Below the pieces are notes generated by a model. The model saw nothing but the letters and a program-made list of their open reading frames with translations. It did no database searches and was not told the DNA's origin. The position numbers and the translations under genes were made by a program. Source: Octopus bimaculoides (lineage: Eukaryota). From it: a stretch of DNA of 64,000 bases. Location of the stretch: assembly GCF_001194135.2 (NCBI RefSeq), contig NC_068982.1:27837841-27901840 (forward strand). Direction: 5' to 3'. This document shows, in pieces, positions 35,650 through 47,298 of this stretch. Numbering within the stretch: the stretch's first letter is position 1; the number at the start of each line of letters is the position of its first letter.

Positions 35650-36125
35650 TAGCTTTGCTGACAAGGGTGGGTCTTTTTGAGAACCTCATATCATCAGAGA
35701 TCCAGGCCCTTTGTCATCACTATCAGGCTCAGGCCATGAGATCACCATCAACCACTCCATCCCATGTTTTCCTGGATTTCCCTCTTCCACAAGTTCTGGC
35801 CACAGATAATGAGTGGTACTTTTTATACAATTGCCCTTATTGATATGTATCATGTATTCATACCAGCATGGTCTTCTTTCTTGCACACTCATATTGTATA
35901 TCCAATGCAGTATGCTTGCTTCATTTCTTTTCAATTTTCTCAAGTCCTCTGCATTCAAGGCTCATTTTCACTACCATGTGGCATTACAGTTCTAACACAA
36001 GCATCATTCAGTCTGCCCTTCACTCTTAGGGAAAAGATCTTTGTTGTCATTAGTGGTTGTAGCCCCTTGAACTTTCTCCAACTAGCGCTCACTCTAGCAA
36101 CTATACTTCAGAGCATGTACCTTCC
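35650..36125 (-). mobile_element. RTE-clade LINE 3' fragment (second RTE family)
   Basis: Minus strand ARVSASWRKFKGLQPLMTTKIFSLRVKGRLNDACVRTVMPHGSE..AEDLRKLKRNEASILHWIYNMSV fits the RTE RT C-terminus. Confidence 0.88.
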
Positions 36126-36773
36126 TTGCTAGGTAGAAATTGTGTTCTGGAGTTGAGTTTTTCTTTTTTAATTTAGCTAGCAAATAGCTAAAAGTCTGTA
36201 CCAATATTTTCTTTTTAGGAAATTATTCAAAATAGTTAACATTCTTTATCAACCCACTGAACATTTTAACTACTTTCAATGCAGAATGACAAATTAACAA
36301 AAGGGAAGCTCTAAAAATCAATACTCTGCAATAATTCAAACTATTTAACACGAAAAGATTCTCTAGAAATAAAATAAATGCAAAAATATAAAGTGAAAAA
36401 CTTTTACATTTGACGAAAGCAGGCAATACTTGTAGACAGCACTGCTTGAATGGTTTGTTGGAACTAATAAATTAGCTATCTTTGAGATAGAATTACTTCT
36501 GGAAATGGAACTAATAATACTGTAACTAGTGATTGAAGAAAACTAGATTACTATCATTGAATTTAATGACAATTCCCTCTTCTGCCCATCCAATATGTAG
36601 GTTATAAGTGTATCTAAAGCATCATGTTTTATAGCATCAAATATAACAATAAATATATATAATCCATTAAATGAGAAATTAAACCTAGTGAGAATCCAAA
36701 ATAGATAACTGCTGATATATGTAATACAAACAGATAATTTAAGTTAGATGAATATGTTGAGTAATGACAGCAT

Positions 36774-36776
<3 letters not shown>

Positions 36777-36828
<52 letters not shown>
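36777..36828. repeat. (AT)n microsatellite, followed by a minus-strand SINE tail (about 36830-36960)
   Basis: Direct inspection. Confidence 0.95.
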
Positions 36829-36830
<2 letters not shown>

Positions 36831-37790
36831 TCATTGTTTAAAGCCTGCTTTCTTTGCTGGCCATCCTATAATATTGGCATAGGATGGACGATTTGACGAG
36901 AGCTGGTTCCAGTCTGATTTGGTTTAGTTTCTATGGCTGGATGCCCTTCCTAATATAGTAAAAACCTTAACCTATGATGAAGCAAAGTAAATACTAAACA
37001 GAAATACACCGTACCTCTCTCAACTTTCGTCTATGAAGACGAAGTTACATTTGCAGTGACCAAAGTTCATTTGTAATAAAGAGAAAAAATACTTCAAAAT
37101 TCAGCAAATAAAAGACAAAAGTTCTTATCAAGCTCACTTTATATTGATTTCAATTGATTGGTTATTTATGATTATTACACTCAACATACACTGCTATGCA
37201 ACAGCATACATAAAACAATTATCATCAAGAAAATATTCCCTGAAGTATTTAGCTTTTCATTTATTTATACAGAAATCAGTTATTTAAACTATAATAAAAC
37301 CTGTTGACTAAATGTAGAATATGTGATATCACAATTAAAAAAAAAAGAAGATAAAATCTAGATTTTCTATGATCAAACTAAGTAAAAAAATATATATAAG
37401 TACAACTTTTGACTTTATTACTCTCATAAGTTGACACATTTATGGAGGAAAAAAAAATGAAACAAAAGATTTGTAACAACATCACGTTGTGCACTAATGA
37501 TAAACAAAAATTATCAAAGACACTGTTTAATATAGAATTTTACTGCAAGCTAACTTATCAAAAGATCATGTAGGTGGAATGAGGATATTGATTATTTTGA
37601 TAAATAGCATTTAGTATATCATTCTGACATACAAATAGCAAAAAGTAAATAGGCATGCAGAGAAGTAGTTAAAGGCTTATACAGATTATATGCAGATGCA
37701 CACACGTTATATTTAAAGTGCTATAAACAACAAACTTAAATTATAGCATTAGTAAATGTTTCAGGGTTCTTTAGTTGTAGAACTAAAATA

Positions 37791-38184
37791 CAAGTGGGTG
37801 CTGAAAAGTGGCTTTAAGGGTATCATGAAAGGCCTGGTAGGAGGCCCAACCGTCCGTGTTCTTTTACAGAGCTTAGAAAGTTTGAAGGACCACTGTAATT
37901 AAGTGTGTGAATCAGAGAGGAATATGTTGAATAAAATCATAACTGATCCTCCTACATTTTGTGTGCAGACAATTTGTTGACAAAATTATCGTACATATCT
38001 TTTTATAAGTAAAGTGTTTCTATCTGTAAATCTAATAAAACTTTTGTGATTTTTACTTGGGTTTTTAAAAAATTTCGACATATTGTCCTTTCAGCAAATT
38101 GTCCAATCGGTCAGTTGTCCTGTTTGTGTCTGTTGATGAATACTCTACCATTTTCTTTTACCCAAAACCAGGACCCCCCCCCCT
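37791..38184 (+). mobile_element. Mariner-derived MITE copy carrying an insertion of about 190 bp (37961-38150)
   Basis: TA|caagtgggtgctgaaaagt..; body collinear with the 43835 copy; the right end resumes at ttttcttttacccaaaaccagg. Confidence 0.8.
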
Positions 38185-38219
38185 CCAGCTTCAAGCTTAT
38201 ATGGAATTTCACTTTATAA

Positions 38220-38545
38220 GAGTAGCTTGCTGACAAAAACTGCACATCTTGGACATAGGTTAGAATATGCAATAAACTCCGGGACTATAAGTCCAGAGCT
38301 TAACCCAGTTTCCATGGTGTATATGCAATTGAGACTACAAATACCCACCTCCTAACTCCTAACAAGATGTTAATCTGTTGCAGGGTTAACTTCCTAACTA
38401 TTGTTGGAGCTTAATTAAGACTGAGTGAACTGGAGCAATGTGAAATGAAGTGTTTTGTTCAAAAACAATGCATTGCTTGATCCTTGGATCAAAACCAAAA
38501 TCTTAAGATTGTGAGTGTAACACATTAACCACTACTCCATGCACT
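38220..38545 (-). mobile_element. tRNA-derived SINE of a further family
   Basis: gtgaactggagcaatgtgaaatgaagtgttttgttcaa..ggatcaaaacc..attgtgagtgtaacacattaaccact is a reverse-complement tRNA-like head plus core. Confidence 0.6.
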
Positions 38546-39439
38546 TTTGCTGATCAGTGATTGCTTGCCTGAAGGTCACTTAGCAACAAATTTAAAATAA
38601 CTAAGATGAAAAGTATACAAATAATTCAAGATCAATTGTAATAAATATAAGGTAAACAGTAAAAAATACAGTTTTGAAAGTGTACTAATTCCAATAAAAA
38701 CATAATCAGTTGTGTTACAAGTTTACTATTTTTCATAGGAGAATGCCTAATTCAATTATTTACTACTTAAATTATGATTGGAATATATGCTTAAAACATC
38801 ACTAATTCTTCTATTTAATTTCCATTTCAGGAGGCCAAACTATAATCTCTAGAATGCAACAAATTTTTAACTCTCATTTCAAATTATACTTTAGATGAAT
38901 AATTGTCAAACATCTTATGAATCAAGACATCTCCAGGGAAATATGATTAGAAGCATCAACTGAGATAATGTGCTGAAAATGCTCCTGCTGAGAAACCAAT
39001 TTCACTTTTGAAGATCACTTGGCAACCCCTACACAAATATTACTTTTATAGACAAGACATGAATTGAAGCTCTCCCCATCCTCATAGCAACTTTAAAAAT
39101 AATTTATAAAATTTGACCAGTTATTCTGTTGCACACACCTTTCTGATGACTGGTTTTAGCATAAACATTTCAAAATTTCAATGCAAACAAAACAATATGG
39201 TGAATATTTAGTCCACACTAAATGCCAATAATTGAAAGCAGTTCAGGCAAGACCATCCTGTACATCCTGTGTAGGTCTAAATTATCCTATATGTTCTTTC
39301 CTTTGACATACTAGGGTGTGATTTTAGGGGAAGACATAGCTGTTATTTCTTTTAAGCTGAGTGACTGCATAGAAGCTTCCTTGTTGGCTAGTGAACAGAA
39401 TATCTTGAACTATAGCATTCTACCATCAATTTTCTCTTT

Positions 39440-39810
39440 ACATTATGTTAGGTATGACTGTGGTTATGGTTTAGTCCCACTTGCAGCATTTTGTGAGTGA
39501 ATTTGGTAAATGGAATCTAAAAGAAGCCTATTGTGTATGTGTGTATGTGTGTGTGTGAATATGTACATACGAGTTTGTGTCTCCTTGTTTTGAAGTAACA
39601 TGATAGCTGCAAATGAGTGTCACCATCTTACAAGCAGTATTATTTTATTCTCAATCTTCTGTAAAAACATGTCTGGCCATTGGGAAATATCACCTTGCTT
39701 GGAATCAATTGAGGGCTGGTGACAAGAAGGGCATCTAGTTTTAGAAAATCTGCTTAATGAATTCCATCAGACCCATGTAAGCATAGAAAAGTGGACTTTA
39801 AAATAAAGGT
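39440..39810 (+). mobile_element. tRNA-derived SINE (same family as 8780)
   Basis: Head, TG spacer and tail collinear with 8780-9150. Confidence 0.75.
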
Positions 39811-40829
39811 GATAAATTTTAACTGAACTATGGTAGTCATGCTGAGATCCAATTCACATTTATCACTCCAGTAAATTATAAAACCAATAATTTACAGATT
39901 GATATTACTTATGTTTGTTTACCCTCTAGAATACAATTAAGTTTCTTCAAAGTTGACTAATTCATTCAAATTGGAATTTTCAGTTTCCTCAAAATTAAAC
40001 TTCAGCAGCTGTTGTCAAAGGTTTTGAAAAAAAAACCCAAAAAAACAAAAAACAAAAAAACACATGAAATACATCTATGACAGTTTTATACTGTGAAATT
40101 ATTACGAACAACGCATTTCTGTAAGCGCTGTGTATGTTATTTGAACACTGTAATTTTCAAAAGGATTTATTAACCTGAACATTATTTTAAAAAATACTAT
40201 ATTTAAGATATTTTGTAAACTCTAAAATATTTTTCTGTCTCCAAAGCTCTTCGGGTCAAGTCTCAAATAGAAAATATATTCCAAAGAATTATCATTAATC
40301 AACAAAAAGATAATCCTCACAAAAATAATAAAAGGATGTATAATTCAAATGTCTAGGCTATTTGTAATGAGCAGATGACTAACAAAAAGACATTCATGAT
40401 AAGATATGATAAAAAAAAATTATGTCAACATGACATGTACAAAAAAGATAATTTATGTTTAATTCCAACAGACTGCTTGCTGTGTTTCAGCAGATTAAAA
40501 TATTAAAATAATGTAGAATCACCAGCTTATTCGTGTCCCTGAATACAATTTTTACATCTCTAGTAAGAATATAAAATTGTATGGATACATACAGAATATT
40601 TCATTTAGTCTCATGACATTTAAAAGCTTCCAAATGTAACTTCATCCTTAGTTATCTAACATTTTGCCTAGTTACCTTCTTTTCTTCCCCACATGCATTC
40701 TTCAAAGCCATATTTTCAGTAGTTCTCTCTTCAATGAAAGACATTCTCAAAAGGTTAGAATTCTTGTCTCTCCACAGCATACAAACCTAATTCAAATTTA
40801 CTTGGACTCTGGTTTTTATCTTTTACTTG

Positions 40830-41170
40830 TTTCTGTCATTGTACTGTGGTCATGCTGGAGCACCACCTTGAAGGGTTTAATCAATCAAATCGACCTCAAT
40901 ACTTAATTTTTGAAGTCTGGTACATATTCTGTTAGCCTCTTTTGCCAAACTGCTAATTTATGGTGATGTAAACCAAAGAATACCAGTTTTCAAGCAGTGC
41001 ATGGGAGAGGGTGACATATAAACACACACACAATGGTTTCTACAGTTGCCATCTTCCAAATTCACTCAAGACATTGATTGGTTCAGCATGGAGCTATAAA
41101 AGTCACTTGCCCAAGTTGCCACACAGTGGTATGTGGTTGCAAAGCGAACTTTCTAACCACACAACCATGC
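40830..41170 (-). mobile_element. tRNA-derived SINE (same family as 62020)
   Basis: catgctggagcaccacc..aaatcgacc..cttttgccaaactgctaa..cacttgcccaagttgccacac..taaccacacaaccatgcc. Confidence 0.75.
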
Positions 41171-42812
41171 CACTTGCATCTGTAGTTTAGACAGTTTACA
41201 TGGTATAAAATTCCTACCTATTTCTTTTCTGCATACTGAGCTTAGCCCCACCCCAAACTGTGCTATAGCCTCAGCTTTTCTGTTAAGTACAAATATTTTT
41301 TGTTAGGTTTACTTTGAGGCCTCAATTTGAGACTTTACATCTAAGTTTGCAATTTCTCAAAATCTTTCACAGATTCACAGAGTCTTCAGTATACAGGAAT
41401 TTTCATGAACTGTTGGTCTTAAACTTTTGTTTTGGTTTGCAGAAATATAACAAAGAGTAGGTTTAGAACCAAGGTCCAACTGACACCTGGCAATATCTCT
41501 GTATGCAACTTTCCTCTTTCTTTTCAGTGAGTGAAGGCATGTGTATTGTCATTACTTTACCCCCATACTGGCATCGTACTTTGCGAGCTAGAACATCGTC
41601 AGTCTCTGATCCTCATGTTTCAGAGTATATAAAACATCTTACTAGACATAATGATTCTCTACTAGCTTGCTTATATTGTTTTTAACTCTCTTCCATCGTA
41701 CACATCACCTAGTACTTCTCTGAACATGAGTCTGGCTGAAGGATTTTTCATCTTCCTTACTTTCCTTTGCCTGATTGTCATGTGCTCCATAATCCATCTA
41801 GCTTTATCCTAAGGTTGCTAATCATTAGCTTATGTTGAGTAGTGTATTTCGGAAAAGGACTTAATATCCATGTTCCCTGGTCAGTATTAAGTCTATCTTT
41901 CTTGCATATCCACCTTACGTATAAGCTAGTTTCTTAAAGTTAGTGTTGCAAATGGATAAGTAATTTGTGTCACAGAACTCACATTCGTGATTCTTCCTCA
42001 TTCCGCATACCATATTTATAATCTTCATGTGTGTTAGAGGAGTCAAAATGGTGTTGACAAAAAGTGCTGGTGAATTTAATGAATATATTGGACAAGCTCC
42101 CATAGCTAGTTTAAACTTATGCTTTTATTTGGCAATCATGAATGAATGCTTTATATGAAACTAAAGTATGAAGACAGATGTAATATGCAACATTAACACA
42201 ATATACACAATGAAGAAAGATGACCTAATTCTGGAGATATTACAGTATCATTTGGTCATATCAAGATGACACAATTTCTCAATCTGGTCACGAATGATGT
42301 TTTTGGTTATGAATATATGGTTGTAAAATCATATCAGATAACAGATCCAACATGTGACTGATCATATCAGCAGTAAAGTAGGCAGAGTAGGAAGAAATGG
42401 CAAAGCTATAATAAAGTACCCAAAATACTTAAGAATGACAAGTTTTTTTTTCTTTATATAATATTAAAGCTCCCTTCAATCCATCAATGATAACTAGTAG
42501 TAATGATTTAACATATACAAAAACATTAAATTACATGTGACATCAGGTATCCAGTTATAGTGTTGAAACACATGATACCTAACCAAACTATATAAATATT
42601 TATTTTAATGAAAATTATCATCTTTAGAACTAATTTACTTACAAGAATTTCTTGCTTAATTTATCTTTAAATCATTGTTTCATACATTAATCAAATAGAA
42701 AATATGCAAATATCAAAGAACACACAATTTCACAACTGATATGCACACAGAATGACTTCATTAAGGATTGATACATTATGATTTTTAACTAACATATTTG
42801 GAGAGCTATTTC

Positions 42813-43038
42813 TTAAACATTTTAGCATTCAGATTACTGTCAAATGTAATGCTTATTTATTTACATTGTTTTGAATTAATTATGCATTATCTTGTAGCTT
42901 TAAAACTTTGATAATATGATTCTTATTTTTAGAATGACATTGTAGGTTAGGTGTGAGAAGCTGGATCTGGCCAGATTGAACATAAAACTGGTAGAATATT
43001 TAGGCCAGATATGACTGCTTTAAATGCTAATGGGTCAA
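42813..43038 (-). mobile_element. TTAA piggyBac-like MITE (family A), decayed ends
   Basis: ttaa-acattttagcattcagattactgtcaaatg ... taaatgctaatggg-tcaa. Confidence 0.85.
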
Positions 43039-43674
43039 AGGCCATAACAACCTATAAGGCTGGTGTTAAAAATATGGTTTCTTTAAAACTTAACAGATTG
43101 ATCATCCCCTCTTGCATAGGACACTACTTAATTCCAGCTAACTTTCTGGGAGAGGAAAAGAACTAATGTTCTGCTTCCACTTGGTATGTCACTTATGGCA
43201 CCTACTTAGCATTAGATGGATCCTTCCATTGACAATTAAGTGTCATGGCCAAGACATAATGCAGCAATAACAATGTACAAATTATCATTCTCTCAGTTGT
43301 CCAATATACAACTAACTCAACCACCCAGGATATATTAGAGGAATGTAGAAGGTAAATTTTATATTAAAGAGAAGAAAAAAAAAAGAATATAAACGAGTTG
43401 TTTTTTCATGTATGTGCTCTTATACTAAAGTACATAGTATAATGAAATAAATGGAATGAGTATAATTAATTTCATTGATCCTGGACATTGTTGGTTTTGT
43501 TTTATCTAGGGAGGAAAACAAAGCCAACTCCAACAAGAGACAAAAAACTGTTTGTTGCTAGTAACAAAACTTTTGTTTGATAACTTTCAAAATAGATACA
43601 TAGTTTACTAAAGGTGATTTCTCACAATGGCATCAACTATCTGCCAGGCATATTTAAATAAGGTACAATAAAAG

Positions 43675-44290
43675 CAGGTGTGGCTGTGTGGTAAGAAATT
43701 TGCTTTTCAATCAAAAGGTTTCAGGTTCAATCTAACTGTTTGACACCTTGAGAGAATGTCTTTTATTATCTAAGGGCACCCAAAGTCTAGTGAGGAGATT
43801 CAGTAGATGGAAGCTAGAAGAATGCCATCATGTATAAGGGAGTGCTGAAAAGCTCCTGGCTTTAAGAGCATCATGAAAGGCCTGGTTGGAGGCCCAACCT
43901 TCCAAGTTCTTTTATAGGGCTTGGAAAAACTGAAGGATTGTTGCAATAAGTGTGTTAATCTGAGAGGGGAATATGTTGAATAAGATCATAATAAACTGAT
44001 TCTCCTATATTTTCTTTTACCCAAAGCCAGGAACTTTTCAGCACCCCCTCATATGTGTACATTCCCTGGTCTTGACAGCACATGATAGTTGTAAATGAAT
44101 ATCACTATCATGCAAGCAGAGTTTGTTTCCAATTTTCTGTGAAAACATGTCTGGTCATGGGAAAGCATTATCTTATAGGGAAACAAGTGAAGGTTGGCAA
44201 CAGAAAGGGCAGCTGGCTGTAGAAAAATTCGCCTCAACAAAAACTGTCTAACCCATGCAATGGAAAAGTGAAAATTAAAATGGTGATGAT
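43675..44290 (+). mobile_element. tRNA-derived SINE interrupted by a mariner MITE
   Basis: Head gcaggtgtggctgtgtggtaagaa..aggttcaatc..gacaccttgag; tail resumes at 44052 and ends aacccatgcaatggaaaagtg..aaaatggtgatgat. Confidence 0.8.
43835..44051 (+). mobile_element. Mariner-derived MITE with TA target-site duplication
   Basis: TIRs agggagtgctgaaaagctcctggcttt / aaagccaggaacttttcagcaccccctc, flanked by TA. The interior keeps transposase C-terminal residues GLEKLKDCCNKCVNL..YVE*. Confidence 0.9.
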
Positions 44291-44734
44291 GACATTTAAA
44301 ACAATTTCAGCTTGTACAAATCACCAAGTGAATTTAGATGAATTTTAAAGATGCTTGAGGAACTGTAGTATGTAGGTTATGACCACCATATAGGTATGCA
44401 GGAATAATTAAGTTTGCTATGAACATGTGGACTTCCCTTTAAGTGGTAAAAATACTGAAATCACAAGCAAGATGACAAGAATAAGGTAAGAGGGAATTTG
44501 AGCCTGGTGCAGCCTTCTGGCTTGCCAGTCCTCAGTGAAACCATCCAACCCATGCCTGCGTGGAAAGTGGACATTAAAAGATGATGGTGACAGACCTATC
44601 CAACCCATGTCAGTGTGAAAAAATACACAAGGAAAAAAAAAAAAAAAAAAAAAACCATAAAGACATTTTGCAATGTTTTGAACTATTTTCTACTGAACCA
44701 TATCAAAATTAAAAAGTGGTCTAGTATATTTTAC

Positions 44735-44891
44735 CTTATATCTTGTTTGTTCTTTGTCATAAATTCTTTTACTTTTTGCTCCATTAGGAGCGAAAAAATG
44801 AGCCAACTTTGCGAGATAAACACCATTTCGAAGACCTTCTTCAAGTTCTGTTGTCGTAGGAAGTTCTTCATCTGTACAAGCTTCAATCCAC
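44735..44891 (-). CDS. IQGAP: IQGAP coding exon (exon 3 equivalent), 157 nt, CH domain: WIEACTDEELPTTTELEEGLRNGVYLAKLAHFFAPNGAKSKRIYDKEQTRYK
   Basis: Inside ORF 44690-44911. LEEGLRNGVYLAKL is the IQGAP calponin-homology motif. Acceptor ttcccccttag, donor gtaaaa; frame continuous with both neighbours. Confidence 0.98.
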
Positions 44892-46310
44892 CTAAGGGGG
44901 AAAAAAATCACTGTTTAAATGCGAGTTAAGCAAATGTATAAATAAAAGTTTGACATATCCATGAACCTTTTTTCCACTCCCTCTAAACATTTAGAAATTT
45001 ATATCTGAAACCAAACAGGATGTTGCTGCTTCCTTTATAAATATTACAAAAATATAGTATATAGTTAATATTTATGTTTACATTAGAATAAAATGAATCA
45101 TTAATTTCTAAGTTTGGAGCAGAGATACTGTTCAATAGTGGAAGAAGTAAATTTACATGATAGACACTAGTTAAAGAAAAAAAAAACCCCAACTAAACAA
45201 ACCAACAATGCCTTTTTTCATACTGTCAAATTTAAATGTTTATTTCCATTTCAAGGAGTATCTTTTCTAATCTTAAATGCAATAGTTATGGTAACATTGC
45301 ATACATTTCACTTGTTGATTCAGATTATTAAATGTGACTATCAGTTAAATGAGAGAGAGAGAAAGAGAACATGGTTATTCAGTTGAACAAAGCTTCTTAA
45401 AAACAAATATATGTTGCTAGCAAAATCATGTAGGATGACCATACAAAAAGTTTCAGTATTACTGAATCCCCTAAAACTTGAAGAAATAGATTTTAGTAGT
45501 TTAAGATCTGTGATGAAGTTCATCCCCAAAATATATTAATAATTACTTAAAAGGGTTATATTCTCGTCGCAAAATTAAAATCTGGCTTAATTCAAAGTTA
45601 TTCTCAGAGATTGTGCAAGTCAGCTTATTGTGAATTCTGAACATTTGGAAATAAAGGACGAAGTGTAGCAAACAATATCATTCAAATGAGACTCCTGCTA
45701 CTTAATCATTTGAGCACTGCATAAAAGCATGAATGTATCTTCAGTCAGGTGATACAAAGTTTAATGCATGCATTGAATTCATTCAACAGCTTGAAATGAT
45801 TTCTAAATTTCAGATTACTGGAAAAGAGAGAGAGAGAGGAAGGAAAAAGGAGTGGTTTTGATACCCCTGTGTCACATGTTTATAGAAACAAATATAGATC
45901 TGGTTCAATATATTGCTTTTGTGAATATAAGTATGCTTTATCAAAATATCCAACATTTAGTAAAATATATTCTAAATATATTGCATGTATAAAACATGTA
46001 AATAAATATACAAAAAGTAAGTAAATATACAAAAATAAATAAATTGAAGGGATTGAAAATGAAAATTCTGCAATGCATTTGTAAAATTGGCCTAAAAAAT
46101 ACAACAGTGACCAATGTAAAAATTCAGTGTTAACACTGAGGTGCAAATTGACACTGGTAATTAAATAACTAATAATGTAGAACTTTTGGATTAATCATGG
46201 GTAAACTAGCTATTAGCAATAGGAGCAGTGTTTGCAACAAATAATAACTAGTCCATCCAGTGTAAATTGGATTTGTTGTTTAGAATGCCTTAAATTGCAG
46301 TAAATGCCCA

Positions 46311-46822
46311 GAGATACTAGCTCATGTTGATGACGTGCTAATTAAGTGGCAACTAGATTGGCTGACAAAATGATCATCTGCACCGGTGGATGGTACTACT
46401 GCATCATGTGATTTCACTGTTAGTTGCAGATCATCAGTAATAGCCAGCCTTGTACCAAGTGCCAGAGCAAAAGTCATTGAACTGATATAGTATGACAATG
46501 GCCAAACAACTAGTGATGTTGTGAAAAGCCAGTGGGCTACGAATAAATTAGCTATTAGTAATAGGAGCAATGTTTGTAACTGTTGCTAACCGCTAATTTA
46601 TTCATAGCCTGTTGGCTTTCACAACATCATTGGCTCTTTGGCCATTATTCTACTATATTGGTTTGAGGGATTTTCACTCTTGCTTTTGGTATTGCTGATG
46701 ATCCACAACTAATGGTGAAATTCTGTGATACAGTAATGCAATCCATCAGTGCAGACAACCATATCATCAGCTGATCTAGTTGGTGCTTAATTAGTACAGG
46801 TCATCAATACGAGATAGTATCC
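46311..46822. repeat. Long diverged fold-back inverted repeat (about 240-250-bp arms, about 15-nt loop at 46565-46579)
   Basis: Hand alignment, e.g. gatgttgtgaaa..gaataaattagc / gctaatttattc..tttcacaacatc, and ctaattaag..caactagat / atctagttg..cttaattag. Confidence 0.88.
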
Positions 46823-46870
46823 TTGGATGCTTACAGCAGGTTAAGGTGTTCTAAACAACACATCCAATTT

Positions 46871-47165
46871 AGTTTCTACCCTTGGCATGTGATGGAATCT
46901 GTTTTCTGAGTATCTGGTGTTTATTGCCCTTGTGCATCTGCCGCACACAAAAGCTATCTTCCCGGTTAATCTTCCTTTGATGTTGCTACATGTCTTGTGT
47001 CCATAGCTTACACTGGGTACATCTTATGGAGTTTCTACCTACACCTTTTCTACAGATCGAGCAGGGCCATCTACCTGAAGGGGTGTGTGATGTGTTCGCC
47101 TTCCTACTTACTAGAACTTTGGTTTTTGCAACATTGACTCCAAGGCCCTTTGATTCTAAACCTTG
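46871..47165 (-). mobile_element. RTE LINE RT fragment containing a Cys/His zinc-finger insertion
   Basis: GLESKGLGVNVAKTKVLVS..SGRWPCSICRKGVGRNSIRCTQCKLWTH/KTCSNIKGRLTGKIAFVCGRC, with two small frameshifts. Confidence 0.85.
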
Positions 47166-47168
47166 CTA

Positions 47169-47207
<39 letters not shown>

Positions 47208-47298
47208 NNNNNNNNNNNNNNNNNNNNNNNNNNNNNNNNNNNNNNNNNNNNNNNNNNNNNNNNNNNNNNNNNNNNNNNNNNNNNNNNNNNNNNNNNNN
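47208..47298. other. Assembly gap (91 N) after a (TA)n tract
   Basis: N run. Confidence 1.
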
